DNA of 64,000 nt from Octopus vulgaris (taxonomy: Eukaryota): the NCBI GenBank assembly GCA_951406725.2, contig OX597818.1:129580001-129644000 (forward strand), given 5' to 3'. Made by a program: the position numbers and the translations under genes. Every line of letters starts with the position of its first letter. Position 1 is the stretch's first letter. A model generated the notes under the pieces. That model searched no databases and was not told the DNA's origin. It saw nothing but the letters and a program-made list of their open reading frames with translations. This document shows, piece by piece, positions 26,326-39,118 of this stretch.

Positions 26326-26823
26326 GTGTTATCATGTACATTGCTTTGTCTTGGTATAAAAGACGGGCTACAGCAAATATTCTGCTCAATACCACAGATT
26401 TGCTTGTCAGTTGCTTGACCTTAACCAGTTGACCATGTCCCTTAGTGGCTGACGATATGTGCATCTCTGATCATGAGCAGAAGTAGTGGAGGAGCATCAT
26501 AGCCGTGTGCTGAAAGGAATTCTTGGATGTTTAGATAATTCACCTCTGGAAACATGGGTGGTTCTTTCAACATCCTTAAACAACCCTTATTCAGGGACCT
26601 TTTGAGCGGGATGGGCTACTCAACGTGAAGAAAATTCTAACTGGGCCCCACCTGCAAGGTCATGCACTGTTTATCTTGATATGAGATCACCATGTCACAC
26701 ACATATGGTTGTGATGCATGTGCCTGGTGTACCCTTATCAGACGGGTAGTCATGATGGGTATACTGGGCTTCATATATTTTACCCCAGTGTCACTTTGAT
26801 GGCATGAACTGCTCTCTCACTCA
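26326..26823 (+). mobile_element. TAA-tailed non-coding retroposon, copy 2, abutting the Dong tail
   Basis: Ends ...CTCTCTCACTCA followed by (TAA)n; homologous to 21064-21498; no long ORF. Confidence 0.75.
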
Positions 26824-28089
26824 ATAATAATAATGATAATAATAATAATAATAGCAGTGATCATAGTTATCACAGTGGTAACAATAATAGTGAATGGTAG
26901 CTGATTGGTGGAATGGTAGAATTAGTGGCACACAACTCACTGTGCTAGATGTCAAAGAGTATTTAGTCTCACTTTCCTACACTTGATCCTATTCTATACT
27001 TTCCAAAGATCAATAAAATAAGTACCAGTTATAAACTGAGATGAGAATCAGTTGACTGTACTCCATATTTTATAAATTTGCACTGAAATAGGAATATTAG
27101 TTGTGATAGTGACACAGGTGTGGCTGTGGGGTTAAGAAGCTTGCTTCTCAACCATATGGGTTCGGGTTCAATTTCATAATGTGGCACCTTGAGCAAGTAT
27201 TTTCTATTATGGCTCTAGGCCAACCAAAGCCTTATAAGTGGGTCGGGTAGATGGGAACTAAAAGAAGCCCATTGTATGTATATATATATATATATAGGTG
27301 TGTGTGTGTGTTGGTGTCGCCTTATCTTGACATCATGTAATAGTTGTAAATAAGTGTCCCTGTTATACAAGCAGTGTCCTTCATTTCCAATCTTCCATAA
27401 AAGCATATATGGCCAAGTAGTAAGATCACTTTACCTGGAACAGGTGATGTTTAATGATAGAAGGACATCCTGTTGTAGAAAATAATCTATATCAACAAAC
27501 CCCATCTGACCCATGCAAGCATAGAAAAGTGGAGGTTGAAATGATGAGGATGATGATGATGATGATGGTGAATCCAATGGTCTTGCTGTTTATGGAGTGG
27601 TGGTGGTGATGTTATGGGATACTTCCTGGTAGTGACAATGATGATGTTGGTATTGGTAACTGTGTAAGTCAAGGGCAACCATCGACCTTGAGTGATCATA
27701 ACTATGATCAAAAGCATTCTGGCCATGGCCATCAAGAAAAGACAGATGCAATAATGTAGTCCTACATACTTCTAAACAGACATTTTCAATGATGAGGTTT
27801 TATTTGAGGGCAACTTGTTCCCTATTTCTAGCAGGTCACTGGTTGAATAATCTTATTATTTACCAATGGCTGTGGTATATTTTCAATGTTGTTGTCACCT
27901 AATCTGTGATCAAGAGTGTTCTAGCCACAAGCAGCATGTCTTTTATTTAGACATGGTTTATTTAGGATTACATCATCCAATGCACCTTTGTTGTTGTTTA
28001 AGCTCAAGTCACCTGTCAAAGTTGAGTGAACAGAGCTATGACCAAAAGCATTCTGGCCACAACCACCAGGAAAGGACATATGCAATAAA

Positions 28090-28241
28090 GTACATTATTT
28101 TCATTATTTACATTTGACGGATATTTGTCCTCATCTTGTTTGTTGTTAACACAATGTTTCAGCTGATATACCCTCCAGCCTTCATCAGGTGTCTTGGAGA
28201 AATTTCAAACCTGGGTTCTCATTCCTAAGGTATTTTTTCGA

Positions 28242-28272
<31 letters not shown>

Positions 28273-28415
28273 GTTATTATTACTATTATTATTCAGGTCA
28301 CTGCCCATGCTCTTAACCACTACGCATTATACCCATGCATATGGCGTAGTGGTTAAGAGCGCAGGCTACTAACCCCAAGATTCTGAGTTCTATTCCAGAC
28401 AGTGACCTGAATAAT

Positions 28416-28465
<50 letters not shown>

Positions 28466-28553
28466 TTATAATAATAATAATAACATTGAAAAATACTTTA
28501 GGAATGAGAACCCAGGTTTGAAATTTCCCCAAGATACCTAATGAAGGCAGAGG
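28090..28553. mobile_element. Head-to-head pair of a tRNA-headed SINE-like element with internal (TAA)n and hammerhead tail
   Basis: Arms 28176-28325 and 28344-28548 are inverted copies. Right arm has A box TGGCGTAGTGG (28342) and B box GAGTTCTATTCC (28385). Confidence 0.7.
28148..28193 (-). ncRNA. Minimal type I hammerhead ribozyme motif
   Basis: Minus strand GACAC-CTGATGA-AGGCTG-gagggtatat-CAGCT-GAAA-CA-TT-GTGTT. Stem I GACAC/GTGTT; stem III looks like a CpG-decayed ACGT palindrome. Confidence 0.7.
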
Positions 28554-28561
28554 TAATAATG

Positions 28562-28603
<42 letters not shown>

Positions 28604-28607
<4 letters not shown>

Positions 28608-28918
28608 CAGTGATCGTAGGAGCACTAGGAATGATCAAGAAGGGAACCGAAAATTATATGAGAATGATCCCTGGCTTACCATCCCTGCAAGAAGTGCAAA
28701 AGATTGTCTTAACTGGTACATCACACGTATTGAGAAGAGCATTGTCGATGTGAGAATTATTACTACCCATGTATTTTAATTTAACTTAAAAAAAAAAATG
28801 AACGAACTATTGAGTTTAGTTTAATGGCCTACCAACGTATACTATGAGTTTCTTTGCCCTAGGAGTCGGGAAGACACTTGGCAAGAAATGGAAGCAAATT
28901 TGAAAGAAGAAAAAAAAG
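28604..28918 (+). mobile_element. 5'-truncated R4/Dong copy of a second subfamily
   Basis: Encodes IPVIVGALGMIKKG...LQEVQKIVLTGTSHVLRRALSM*, homologous to the C-terminus of the full element. Different 3' UTR; (TAA)n on both sides. Confidence 0.88.
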
Positions 28919-28942
28919 TAATAATAATAATAATAATAATGT

Positions 28943-28985
<43 letters not shown>

Positions 28986-29495
28986 GATGATGGTAGCTCC
29001 TGTCAATTTTGATGTATGCTTGTTTGACAGAGAGGATTTAAAAATAAGATAAAAATGAGAAAAAACAGCTTTTAAATATAAAAAAAAAACCCAAAAGAAG
29101 CTGCATCTACTTGTAATGGATGTGTGAATGTAATTTGAGTCCAGGTATGGATTTTGCTATGAAGGCGCAATGGGGACACTGGTGATTTTGATTTTGCCTG
29201 AGATTGGGCAATTATGTCTTTTGATTGCAGTATATAACTCTTTTAATAATAATAATAATGATAATCCTTTCTGCTGTAGGCACAAGGCTTGAAATTTTGT
29301 GGGAGGTGGCTAGTCAGTTATATCAACCTCAGTATTTCATTAGTATATAATTTAGTGATCCTGAAAGGATGAAAGGCAAAGTCGACCTTGGTGGAATTTG
29401 AACTCAGATCATGCAGATGGATGAAACGCCACTAAGCATTTTGCCTGGTATGCTTACAACTCTGCCAGCTCACTGCCTTAATAATGAAGATGATG

Positions 29496-29548
<53 letters not shown>

Positions 29549-29749
29549 CTTTTCTACTGTAGGTACAAAGCCTGAAATTTTGCAGGAGGGGAATAGTCAA
29601 TGTTTCACTGGTACTCAATCTCTCACCCCCGAAATGATGAAAGGCAAAGTTGACCCTGGTGGAATTTGAACTCAGAATATAATTATGGGCAAAATGCCGG
29701 TAGCATCTTGTCTAGTGTGCTAACAATTCTGCCACCTTGCCTTAATAAT

Positions 29750-29799
<50 letters not shown>

Positions 29800-29812
29800 T
29801 AATAATAATAAT

Positions 29813-30072
29813 TGTTTACTTATTGACCCGTCATGTCCGTTTGATTCCAGGTTCGTAAAGAAAGAGGAAGAAAACAAAGAAAATACAACTCCCTAAAATT
29901 TGAAATAGGAAGAATTTGGAGCCTGTGAACAGTAAAGGTCCTGCCTTTAATAATCAGTGTGCTGGGGACAGCAAACCAAGGTATAGACAAATGGTTGAAG
30001 GAGACTGAAATAGGATGCCTGGTAGAGCTCCTACAGAAAGTTTGCCTCATAGAAACTGCAAGGATTATCAGG
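29813..30072 (+). mobile_element. Decayed R4/Dong endonuclease fragment after (TAA)n
   Basis: With frameshift and stop: CLLIDPSCPFD...KYNSLKFEIGRIW...VLPLIISVLGT...LQKVCLIETARIIR. Confidence 0.8.
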
Positions 30073-30139
30073 TAATATTGACCTCAGTATTTTACTGGTA
30101 TAGAATATATATATATATATATATATTGGTATATAATTT

Positions 30140-30609
30140 AGTCCGCCCTTAAGTATAATATGCAGGGGATTTTAAGGGGGCTGTACCTCTGAAAAACCTA
30201 AACATTGTGCATAATACGCACCCCTTCTTTAACTTGAGTCATGCGTAATTAAGCCAGCAGCACCTAATCGAACAAACACTTCCGCGCATGCGTAATACAA
30301 TAATGGTGATGTTCTTAACTGTTATATGGGAATGTAAATATGTTTGCAAATTGTTTTTGTTACATGTTATTCTGTGTTCTGAATTCTTTTATTTTAATAA
30401 ATGTTGCTTACTGCAAGTTATGGATGATTCTTTTATGACTTCATTGCTTTCAGGCTTAGCTTCTAAATAAAGATTGCCAGACAGCAAATAGAGACTCAGA
30501 CATTGCTTAGAAAATATTTTTCATTTTTAACCTCGTATATAGTACGCACTAGGGATTTTGACCTTTAAATTTTGGGAAAAAAATGCGGATTATACTCGAG
30601 GATTTATGG
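30140..30609. mobile_element. Tc2/pogo-like non-autonomous element
   Basis: Right end reads TA-CCATAAATCCTCGAGTATAATCCGCA on the minus strand; repeated TATA(A/G)TA(C/T)GCA motifs; left end degenerate. Confidence 0.55.
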
Positions 30610-30665
30610 TATATATATAATTTCATCCTGAAAGGATGAAAGGCAAAGTCAACCTTAGTGGAATT

Positions 30666-30900
30666 CTAAGCACTTGAAAGACTACCAAAAATGTGTGGAT
30701 ACCTAAGGTTACAGGTAGTAACCTGCTATCTACATAAATCTTATCAGGACTAAGACCAAACCTGATTTTTGTTTCTATAATAATAATAATAATTTTTCTG
30801 TAGATGCTCTACCTTTAGATTTGCTTCTATGTTTTCAATCCAGTTTGTGAGCTTGTTACTAATAGTACCCAGACATCTACAGAAAACAGTGTTGACTGGA
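30666..30900. mobile_element. Rearranged R4/Dong 3'-end remnant
   Basis: Plus strand shows an ORF end, a hairpin and a (TAA)n tail at 30778-30793. The adjacent minus strand reads LGTISNKLTNWIENIEANLKVEHLQK. Confidence 0.55.
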
Positions 30901-31119
30901 ACTGTGTGAAGCCTCCATGGAGTTCTTGAAATTTGAATGGAAAGTGTTACTTTAGACCAGTGGTTGTGAATAGCTGACACTTTGTCAAATTCCCCAATCG
31001 ATGTTGTTGTGTAAAAGAAAACGTGAGCAGAAAAACTGAAGCTGTCTTTAATCAAGTATTTCAGATTAAATGATTTGAAAAATACACATTCTCACATACT
31101 TGCTCAAAATTATCTTTAT

Positions 31120-31803
<684 letters not shown>

Positions 31804-32778
31804 AAAACCCCAAAAAATGGAAAAATACTAAGTAAAAACGTCTATATATATATGCATTCTTATGCCCGCACACACGCACACATCTAAAACTGCCCACTCA
31901 TACATATTCACACACGTGTACAAATGAATCTATATACACGTCTATATAGGCACAGGAAAAAATGCAGGATAGAAAAGTACAGAAAAAATTATTATGTGTG
32001 AAAATATAAAAATATATGAAATAATAAAAGGTATAATGAGATAAAAAAACATTTTGGGACATAATATAGAAAGCAAGTTCTATCTGTTCTCTTTAGGGGA
32101 CCAAAAACGTAACAAAAATTTTTTGGGGGCGGGGGCATATGTATATTCATTTTTCGTATATGCGTGTGTATGTATGCGTAGATAAACATGTGCGGGTATG
32201 TACATATATGGGCGTGTGTGTGTATGAGTGCATAAGGGCATGTCCGTATATGAACGTGGTTTTTATGCTTTGTATACTTCCTTATGTTTTTTTCTGTTAC
32301 CTTTAACCATGGTTTTTCTTGTGCTTGTGCGTATATAGACGTATGTATGAACTTTTACAGAACGCATGTGTGTGTATGAGTTTGTATATATATGCGTATA
32401 TATTTGGCGAAAAATGCGAGTGAAGATGTGTACGTTTTCATAGTGATGTATAAGTACGAACGTGGGTCCGCGAGCGCACATGTGAGCGTATGATTAGCCA
32501 TGTTTACGTGTTTTACTATGAAATTTTAATCTTATTTTATATAAGTAGCAGAATTATAACACAGTAATTTCCCTTTATATAACGGTATTTTTTCATAGCG
32601 TTTTTTCAGATGGCCAGATAAGCGAAGAGATGGTGTTGTGGATTTCCACTTCGGCATCTGAAACTCAGAGTTTTATCTTGACTATTGAGTAATTGTAACA
32701 TACTATTTTATAGATAAATTTCCTCTAGTTACATAATATTGAGGTCTCTTTCTTTCTTTTGTTATCTTACCGTTTTTA

Positions 32779-32831
<53 letters not shown>

Positions 32832-32889
32832 GTATATATATAAAATATTATATATTATTCATTATTTATATATATATATTATATATCAT

Positions 32890-32921
<32 letters not shown>

Positions 32922-33922
32922 AAATATTATATATTATTCATTATTTATATATATATATTATATATCATTATATATATATATATATATATGTATCTATGAT
33001 ACACACACACACATATACAAACATGCATACATACTCAGACGTACACATATATGTATATTTAGAGAACGGGTTCTCTCTGGGTTTTTTTTTCGTTCTCTCT
33101 CCATTTTTTTCTTTCAATCCATTCTGTCGAAGAGCATAGTCTTGAAACATCAAAGACTTTTCAATTGTTCTTGAGCGTTAAATTTATAGACCTGCTTGTT
33201 GTTCTTTCACCTGTCTTTGTCATTTGTTTTCTGTAAATCTTAACTACACACACACACACACACACACACGTTGTATAAACAGATACATTTGAAATAAGCA
33301 TAAAAAATAAATTCTGAAAATCCACAAAAATTTACCAACAAAACAATCTGTCTATTTATCCATTTACCTATCCATGCATGCATGTATACATCCAGCGAGC
33401 TATCCATCTATCTATCTATGTATGTATCTATCTATCTATCTATCTTTCTATCTATCTATCTATCTATTTACCTATCTATCTATTTATACATTTATCTGCC
33501 AACTCATTCTGCCATTGCTTCATCCCTTCATCCATCCATCCATCCATCTATCCATCTATACATCCCTAACAGAAACAGTTTAAGGAGAGAGAGGGAGAGA
33601 GAGAGAAAGAGAAAGAGAGAGAGAGAGAATTTTTTAAATAAAAATATTATTTGAATTTCAAAGTTGTGTCTATTCACCATGTCAGGAAACCTGGTAAAAA
33701 CTTGAAGATAATTAGAACAGCTTTTAAAATTTGAATGAATAATTTTTTTTTTTATTATGCTACTTTCTGAATTACGTAGTAAGATGGTAGTCTTCAAATG
33801 AAAATACCTAGAATTTTATTTATTTTCTTCTAATTATTTATTTACTAATTTTTGTGATTATTTGTTTGTTGTTTGTTGTTTTTTGTTATTTATTTTCAGC
33901 TATTTGCTTTTATTCTTTGCAG

Positions 33923-33996
33923 AGTTAAGATTGGTACATATAATTCCTTCTGTATTGGAAAGTTAATGAATTTGCTAACAGCAGTTTTATCTGTTG
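33923..33996 (+). other. Candidate spliced exon (74 nt) of an unknown transcript
   Basis: Long T-rich tract, acceptor TTTATTCTTTGCAG, donor G|GTGAGT; one open frame VKIGTYNSFCIGKLMNLLTAVLSV; no recognised homology. Confidence 0.35.
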
Positions 33997-34372
33997 GTGA
34001 GTTGAAATTATAGAAAGACTAAATGAAGACTGATACACAAACAGACACATACATAGATATGCACACACACACACACACATACATATACACTCACTCATAC
34101 ACACACACGTGCACATTTATGTAATATAGAGACAAATATTAATAGGGAGAGAGTGCTATGAATATCTGAGAAAGACACGGAGGGAAAAGGAGGAGAGGTG
34201 GAGATTGTGTCAGAATTTGAGAGACAGAGAGTAGAGATGGAATGTGTAAAGATTTTAGAGAAAGAGAGCATGTGTAAGGATGAGAAAGAGAGAGAGAGGC
34301 AGATGGACAGACAGAGAGACAGACAGAGAGAATACCTGAAACAGAGAGATAAAGACAGAGAGAAAAATAGAT

Positions 34373-34429
<57 letters not shown>

Positions 34430-34895
34430 AAGAAAGAGAGAGTATGTGTTAAAGAAAGAGACTGTATATAAAAAAGTTGAGATTATTCAAAGAGTATATG
34501 TAAGGATTTTTAGAGACAGAGATAGGAAGGATGTAAGGGATCTGAGAGATGAAGAAAGGAAATGATATCTATGAGTAAGGATCTAACAGAGACAGAAATA
34601 GAGAAAGGCTATGTTATATGTGAAAAAGTTGAGAGGGAAAGAAGAGGAAGAAAGAAAGTGGGTGGGGAGAGAGAGAAAGAGAAAGTGTGTTTGTGTGTGG
34701 GGGGTATTTGAGAATGCTTGTGTGTGTATGTGTGGTTGTGACAACATATACAAATGAGCTTCTGTTTCAGTATGTGTGTGTATGTGTGGGGGTGTATGTG
34801 TGGGTGGGTGTTTATTAGAGGGTCTATCTGTGTGTGAAGGACAGAGAAAGACAGACAGAAAGACAGTCTATGTGAAAGAGAGTGACAGGGAGAGG

Positions 34896-34929
<34 letters not shown>

Positions 34930-35864
34930 CGTTGAGATAGAGAGAGACAGGAAGATGGAGAGAGAGAGAGAGGGGGAAGAGGAAAAAGGAGAAAGAACAA
35001 GAGAAGAGTGGTAGGGAGTGAGAGATTTAGAAAGAGAGAAAAACTGAGTGAAAGATTGAGGAAGAAAGACTGAAAGAAAAAAAGAGAGTCTATGAGCCAG
35101 TATGGGAGAGGGAGGAAAAGAAAGGGATGAGAGAGAGAGAGGGAAAGAGAGAGGGAGGGAGAGAGAAAGGGGGGAGATGAAAACTGGAGGAAAAGGGCAA
35201 GGCAGAGATTATATGTGTATCTGAGAGGGAGAGAGAGAAAGGAGAGTAAATGTAGTTATTGCTGTTTAGCCCAAGGTCAGCCCTAGTTAGGGACACCCAT
35301 GATTATAAATGGTCCATCAGTGACCACCATATCTGTTATATATCAAGGACTACACTGTCCAACATCTTCCCTTTATGAGTCAGTAAAGTGCAAACTGAAG
35401 GGAGATTTGGTTACTATTTCTAGCAGTTAAAAAACCATGTAGAGGTTCCCTTATTAACTGACAATGCCTATATGTGTGCGTGTGTGTGTGTGTGTGTTTG
35501 TGTTTGTGAGTGTGCATGTGACTTTATGCATATGCCTGGGTGTATGTGTGTATATGTGTGTCTTAGAGCATGCGTTTGTTGTTGGAGAAACTTAGAGGGG
35601 GAGACAGAGAGAGTGTGTATGTATACATGTGCCCGTAGGGGTGTATGTAAGAGAGTGTTTCTAGGCATATATTTGAATATGATAATGTAATAGAGTGTGT
35701 GTATGTGTGTGTGTGGGGGTGGGGAGTATTTGAGTGAGGCAGAAAGAAAAGAGGAGGAGGTTAAAGAGAAACAGATAAGATGTGTGTGTGTGTGTGTGTG
35801 TGTAAGCTTATAGTGTCTTTATGTGAATGTGACTGTGTATAGTATGTATGTGTACGTGTTTGAG

Positions 35865-35900
35865 AGATAGATAGATAGATAGATAGATAGACAGATAGAC

Positions 35901-35959
<59 letters not shown>

Positions 35960-36008
35960 CAGATAGACAGATAGATAGATAGATAGATATAGATAGATAA
36001 GATAGAAT

Positions 36009-36055
<47 letters not shown>

Positions 36056-36093
36056 GATAGAAAGATAGATAGATAGATAGATGATAGATAGAT

Positions 36094-36132
<39 letters not shown>

Positions 36133-36201
36133 GATAGATAGATAGATAGATGATGAATAGATAGATAGATACATAGATAGATAGATGATAGATAGATAGA
36201 C

Positions 36202-36245
<44 letters not shown>

Positions 36246-36296
36246 GATAGAAAGATAGATAGATAGATTGATAGATGATAGATAGATAGATGATAA

Positions 36297-36364
<68 letters not shown>

Positions 36365-36400
36365 GTAGATAAATAGATAGAAAGATAGATAGACACTCGA

Positions 36401-36465
<65 letters not shown>

Positions 36466-36478
36466 AAGATAGATAGAT

Positions 36479-36513
<35 letters not shown>

Positions 36514-36533
36514 GATAGAAAGATAGATAGATG

Positions 36534-36553
<20 letters not shown>
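35865..36553 (+). repeat. (GATA)n microsatellite array, ~690 bp
   Basis: Directly visible; source of the IYLS pseudo-ORFs. Confidence 0.97.
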
Positions 36554-36582
<29 letters not shown>

Positions 36583-36692
36583 TAATAAAGAGTGGAGAGA
36601 GTGCGTTGCAGAAAGAGTGCATACATGTGCATGTGCAAGTGTGTATGTAAGCATGGTAGAATTTTCATGTGCGTTTGTGTGTGACACTGTTA

Positions 36693-36736
<44 letters not shown>

Positions 36737-36887
36737 CATAACGTGGAGAGAGTAGGCGAGTAGACACATGTATCTGTGTGTATATGTGAAGTGTGTAGAT
36801 GTGCTTAGAGAAGATTTATTAGGTGTGTATGTGTGTGTATGTTTAGATTTGAAAAAAAATGCTATAGCATGATGTATGTGTGTGTGC

Positions 36888-36929
<42 letters not shown>

Positions 36930-37054
36930 ATGTTTGACAGAGAGATAAAAAGGATGTGTATGTTTGTATATGGAGAGTATTATAGGCGTGCTGTATGACA
37001 GGGACACATGCAACATATACATATTAGGGAATGTGTGAGTATGTGTGTGTGCAA

Positions 37055-38040
37055 GAGAAAGGGAGAGTGTGGCCAAGAGAAAGAAAAGAATGAAAGAGAC
37101 AAGGAGAGGGAGAGAGAAAGAGGAAGAAGGAGAGAGACAATAAGATAGAGAGAGAGAGATGGGGAGAGGAGAGGGAGAATGGAGAAAGAACAAGCAGAGT
37201 GATAGGGAGTGATAGGGAGTGAGAGACAGGCATAGAGAAAGACAAGAAGAGAGAGAGGGAGGAGAGAGGAACAAGTGAGAAAAAACAAGGAGAGAGAGAA
37301 TGAGAGAAAGAGGGAGTAAGATAGAGAGAGAGAGAGAGGTGGGCTGGGAGAAAGACAAAGAGAGAAAGAGAGGTGGGCTGGGAGAAAGAGAGAGAGAAAT
37401 AAATAGAATGAGACAGAGAGAGAGGGAGAGAGAGTGAAAGGGAGAGAAATGATGAGTATTTATTAGAAAACTAATAAGATCTGTAACAAACCAATTAGAT
37501 CCTATTGTTTTTTTCTAACTAGAAGTGGGGAATAGGCAAAGGAGAGATAGTGAGGGAGGAAGGAAAAAGAAGAGAAAGGAAGAAAGATAGAGTTATGTGT
37601 GAAAGGTAGGGAAAGAAGAGTAAAAATTAAGGTGAGTGAGAGAAAGAGGGACAGGGAGAGAAATGTTAATGAGAAGGGGAGAGTTGAGGAAGGAGAGAGG
37701 GTTAAGAGGAGAAAGGAAGAGATAGAAAGCAAATGGTGAAGAGGAGGAAAAGGAAGAGATGGAGATAATGAGGAGAATTTAATGAAGAGATGAGAGAGGA
37801 GGGGAGAAATAAGAGGGGAAGAGGTGAAAGAAGAGATAAAGAGTTGGAAAAGGATGAGAAGAAGGGGAGCAGAAGGAGGAGATGACAAGAAGGAGGAGAA
37901 AGAAGAGATACTCTGAAGGAAGAGATGAAGAGAATAAGGAGAAGAGAATGAGGAGATACAGAGAGAGAGAGAGAGAGAGTGAGAGAAGATAAAGGGAAGA
38001 GAGGGGAGATTAAAAATGACAAGGATAGAGGATGATGACA
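37055..38040 (+). repeat. GA-rich polypurine low-complexity tract
   Basis: Strong purine bias. Similar tract at 34140-35250 and a pyrimidine-rich tract at 57785-58390. Confidence 0.85.
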
Positions 38041-38739
38041 CCAGGTATAATTAGTGAGAAATGGCTAGATGACACTAAATAGCTGATAGAATAGTGGCCC
38101 GTTGAGTGAAACCAAAATGTTAAGCTGCCTTCCTGGGGTCAATCTAATGACGACAATGACACAAGATATTGGAAGTCTCCTTAATTGCAACCCGTACCTA
38201 CCCGTCTCATTCACCAGTCTTTCTTAGATTCTTACTTATGTAATCTAAATTGGACAATGTAGAAATGGGAAGTACTCAGTCAGAAGTGAAGGATTTCTCA
38301 TCAGAAGAGAGCTAAATTTCACCCACATACAAATTTAGTATTGGCCACTGATATAGACCCTAAAAATACGCACAAATCTTTTTAGGGACTTTATCAGCAG
38401 GCAAGGCAAAATGGTAGTGATCACTAGCATTTTGATGAAGTACCTAAAAAAAGCATGTAAATAGTTTTAGGGTCTTCACCAAAATGATTGTAAGCATCAA
38501 ATATTAAAGCAGCGAGATGGCAGAATTGTTAGCATGCTGGGCAAAATGCACTGCAACATTTCGTCTGTCTTTACATCTTGAGTTCAAATTCCACCAAAGT
38601 TGACTTTGCCTTTCACCTTTTTAGGGTCGATAAAATAATCACTTGTTGAGTACTGGAGTTGATGTAATCAAATTAAGCTCCTTCCCTGTAACTGCAGACC
38701 TTGGGCCAAAATTTGAAACCACTACATTCATCAGAAGAC

Positions 38740-39118
38740 TCTTTTACTCTTTTACTTGCTTCTGAAATTTGACTGGGGCCATGCTGGAGCACTGCTTTAA
38801 AGGGCTTTAGTTGAAGAAATCAAGCCAGGACTTATTCTTTGTAAGCCTAGTACTTATTCTATTGGTCTGTTTTGCTGAACCACTAAGTTACAAGGACATA
38901 AACACACCAACATCAGTTGTGAAGCAATGGTAGGGGATATACACGCATAGATATATACATATATTCGACAGGATTCTTTCAGTTTCCCTCTACCAAATCC
39001 ACTCATAAGGCTTTGGTCAGCCTGAAGCTATAGTAGAAGACACTTGCCCCAGGTACACACAGTGGTTATGAACCTGGAACCATGCAGCAAGCTTCTTACT
39101 AGACAACCATGCTTGTAC
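38740..39118 (-). mobile_element. SINE family A
   Basis: Match to the family consensus. Confidence 0.8.

Noticed and set aside
26449-26485. CTGACGA in the TAA-tailed element as a hammerhead core
   Set aside because: No closing stem II or GAAA at a suitable distance in either copy.
21064-26823. Inverted copies as TIRs or LTRs of a composite element
   Set aside because: Each copy has its own TAA tail and truncation point, and host-like sequence lies between the left copy and the Dong element.
35761-36687. ORFs of 267-308 aa
   Set aside because: Translations of the (GATA)n array, giving IYLS repeats.
36843-38041. Leu/Ser/Phe-rich membrane-like ORFs, also at 57716-58402
   Set aside because: Product of GA/TC low-complexity tracts.
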